Positions 63,001 through 64,000 of a stretch of 64,000 bases of DNA are shown in pieces. The translations under genes were made by a program, and so were the position numbers. This DNA comes from the human T2T-CHM13v2.0 reference genome, Homo sapiens, in assembly GCF_009914755.1 (NCBI RefSeq), contig NC_060937.1; one strand, 5' to 3'. The first letter of the stretch is position 1. Each line of letters begins with the position of its first letter. The notes below the pieces were generated by a model, which saw only the letters and a program-made list of their open reading frames with translations, was not told where the DNA came from and searched no databases.

Positions 63001-64000
63001 ACCCAAAATATATATTATATACTGTACATAAAATATCAAAGTACCCATAGTATGTATTATATCCTGTACATAAAATATGAAGGTACATCAAATATATATT
63101 CTATTCTGCACATAAAATATCATATTGCACCAAATATATATTGTATACTGTATATAAAATATGAAGGTACTTCAAATATATATTATATGCTGCACATAAA
63201 ATATCAAAGTACCCAAAGTATGCATTATATACTGTACATAAAATATCAAAGTACCCAAAGTGTATATTATATACTGTACATAAATTATGAAGGTTCATCA
63301 AATATATTTTATATTCTGCACATAATATATCAAAGTACAGCAAATATATATTATATATTGTACATAAAATAACAAAGTACCAAAAATATGTATTATATAC
63401 TGTACATAAAATATGAAAGTAACCAAACATTTATAATAAACTGTACATAAAATATCAAAGTACTCAATCTACATATTATATACAGTATATAAAATATCAA
63501 AGTACCCAAACTATATATTATATACTGTACATACTATATCAAAGTACCCAAATATATAGCATACTGTCCATAAAATATCAAAGTACCCAAAATATATATT
63601 GTATACTGTACATAAAATATGAAGGTACATCAAAGATATATTATATCCTGTACATAAAATATCAAAGTATACCAAATATATATTATATGCTGTACATAAT
63701 ATATTAAAGTCGACCAAATATATATTATATACTGTACATAAAATATGAAGGTACCTCAACTATATATTATATGCTGCACATAAAATATCAAAGTACCCAA
63801 AGTATGTATTATATACTGTACATAAAATATCAAAGTACCCAAAGTATATATTATATACTGTACATAAAATATAAAATACCCCAAATATATATTATATGCT
63901 GTACATAAAATATCAAAGTACACAAAATATGTATTATGTACTGTACATACAATATAAAGGACCCAAAATATATACTATATACTGTACATAAAATATCAAA
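60046..64000 (+). repeat. Deleted type B unit (377-bp loss) fused via a 922-bp loss to a partial type A unit
   Basis: Block 4 is 332 bp instead of 709. The unit marker is missing after 62.4 kb. The phase of downstream A sequence fits 60046+3013-377-922 = 61760 exactly. Confidence 0.78.

Larger units (their letters stand above)
1..64000 (+). repeat. Human Satellite 1A (HSat1A / SAR) 42-bp AT-rich tandem array, ~1,530 monomers, single orientation
   Basis: ACATAAAATAT(C/G)AA(A/G)GT + ACCCAAAATATATATTATATACTGT recurs every ~42 bp from the first to the last line. Two GTAC (RsaI) sites per consensus monomer give the 17+25-bp subunits that define classical human satellite 1. No unique sequence or strand switch seen. 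The family call is by recognition of the consensus, not a database search. Confidence 0.96.

Noticed and set aside
143-63759. The many short ORFs in the track as protein-coding genes
   Set aside because: They are all translations of the same 14-codon repeat in overlapping frames on both strands. They start and stop at satellite variants, often use non-ATG starts and resemble no protein family.
1-64000. CRISPR array (conserved ~24-bp 'ctgtacataaaatatcaaagtac' plus variable intervening sequence)
   Set aside because: The 'spacers' are ~18-bp homologous variants of one consensus that recur in higher-order register. There is no leader and no cas gene.
1-64000. TATA-box-like motifs (tatataaaa) as promoters
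   Set aside because: They are ubiquitous by composition and have no supporting promoter context.
1-64000. Alpha satellite/CENP-B boxes, HSat1B (Alu-containing ~2.4-kb unit), HSat2/3, or an embedded transposon or inversion
   Set aside because: No 171-bp period, CENP-B box, CATTC repeats, Alu/L1 sequence or strand switch was seen on reading through.
1-64000. Assignment to a specific chromosome
   Set aside because: It cannot be established without mapping, because HSat1A arrays occur on several chromosomes.

Overview
The whole 64 kb window is one uninterrupted, single-orientation, very AT-rich tandem array of a 42-bp monomer (consensus ACATAAAATATCAAAGT-ACCCAAAATATATATTATATACTGT). It matches human classical Satellite 1A (HSat1A/SAR; the 17-bp + 25-bp RsaI unit), i.e. 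(peri)centromeric heterochromatin. I see no genes, RNA genes, transposons, CRISPR arrays or inversions. All listed ORFs are artefacts of a 42-bp (14-codon) repeat with stop-poor frames. The real information is hierarchical: 42-bp monomer > 126-bp trimer rhythm > six blocks punctuated by a 41-bp variant monomer > higher-order units of 3,013/3,023 bp (72 monomers, type B) and 3,307 bp (79 monomers, type A) > a 6,330-bp A+B dimer > a ~17.0-kb recent duplication. There are also paralogous tracts at 16.4-kb and 46-47-kb offsets, whole-monomer deletions and duplications, and conversion-like mosaics. The most speculative functional lead is that most monomers carry a perfect Pumilio response element (TGTACATA) on the + strand only. 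I found no evidence for a novel protein-coding system. Coordinates were derived by hand from marker motifs and the ORF track, so junctions are approximate to about one monomer.
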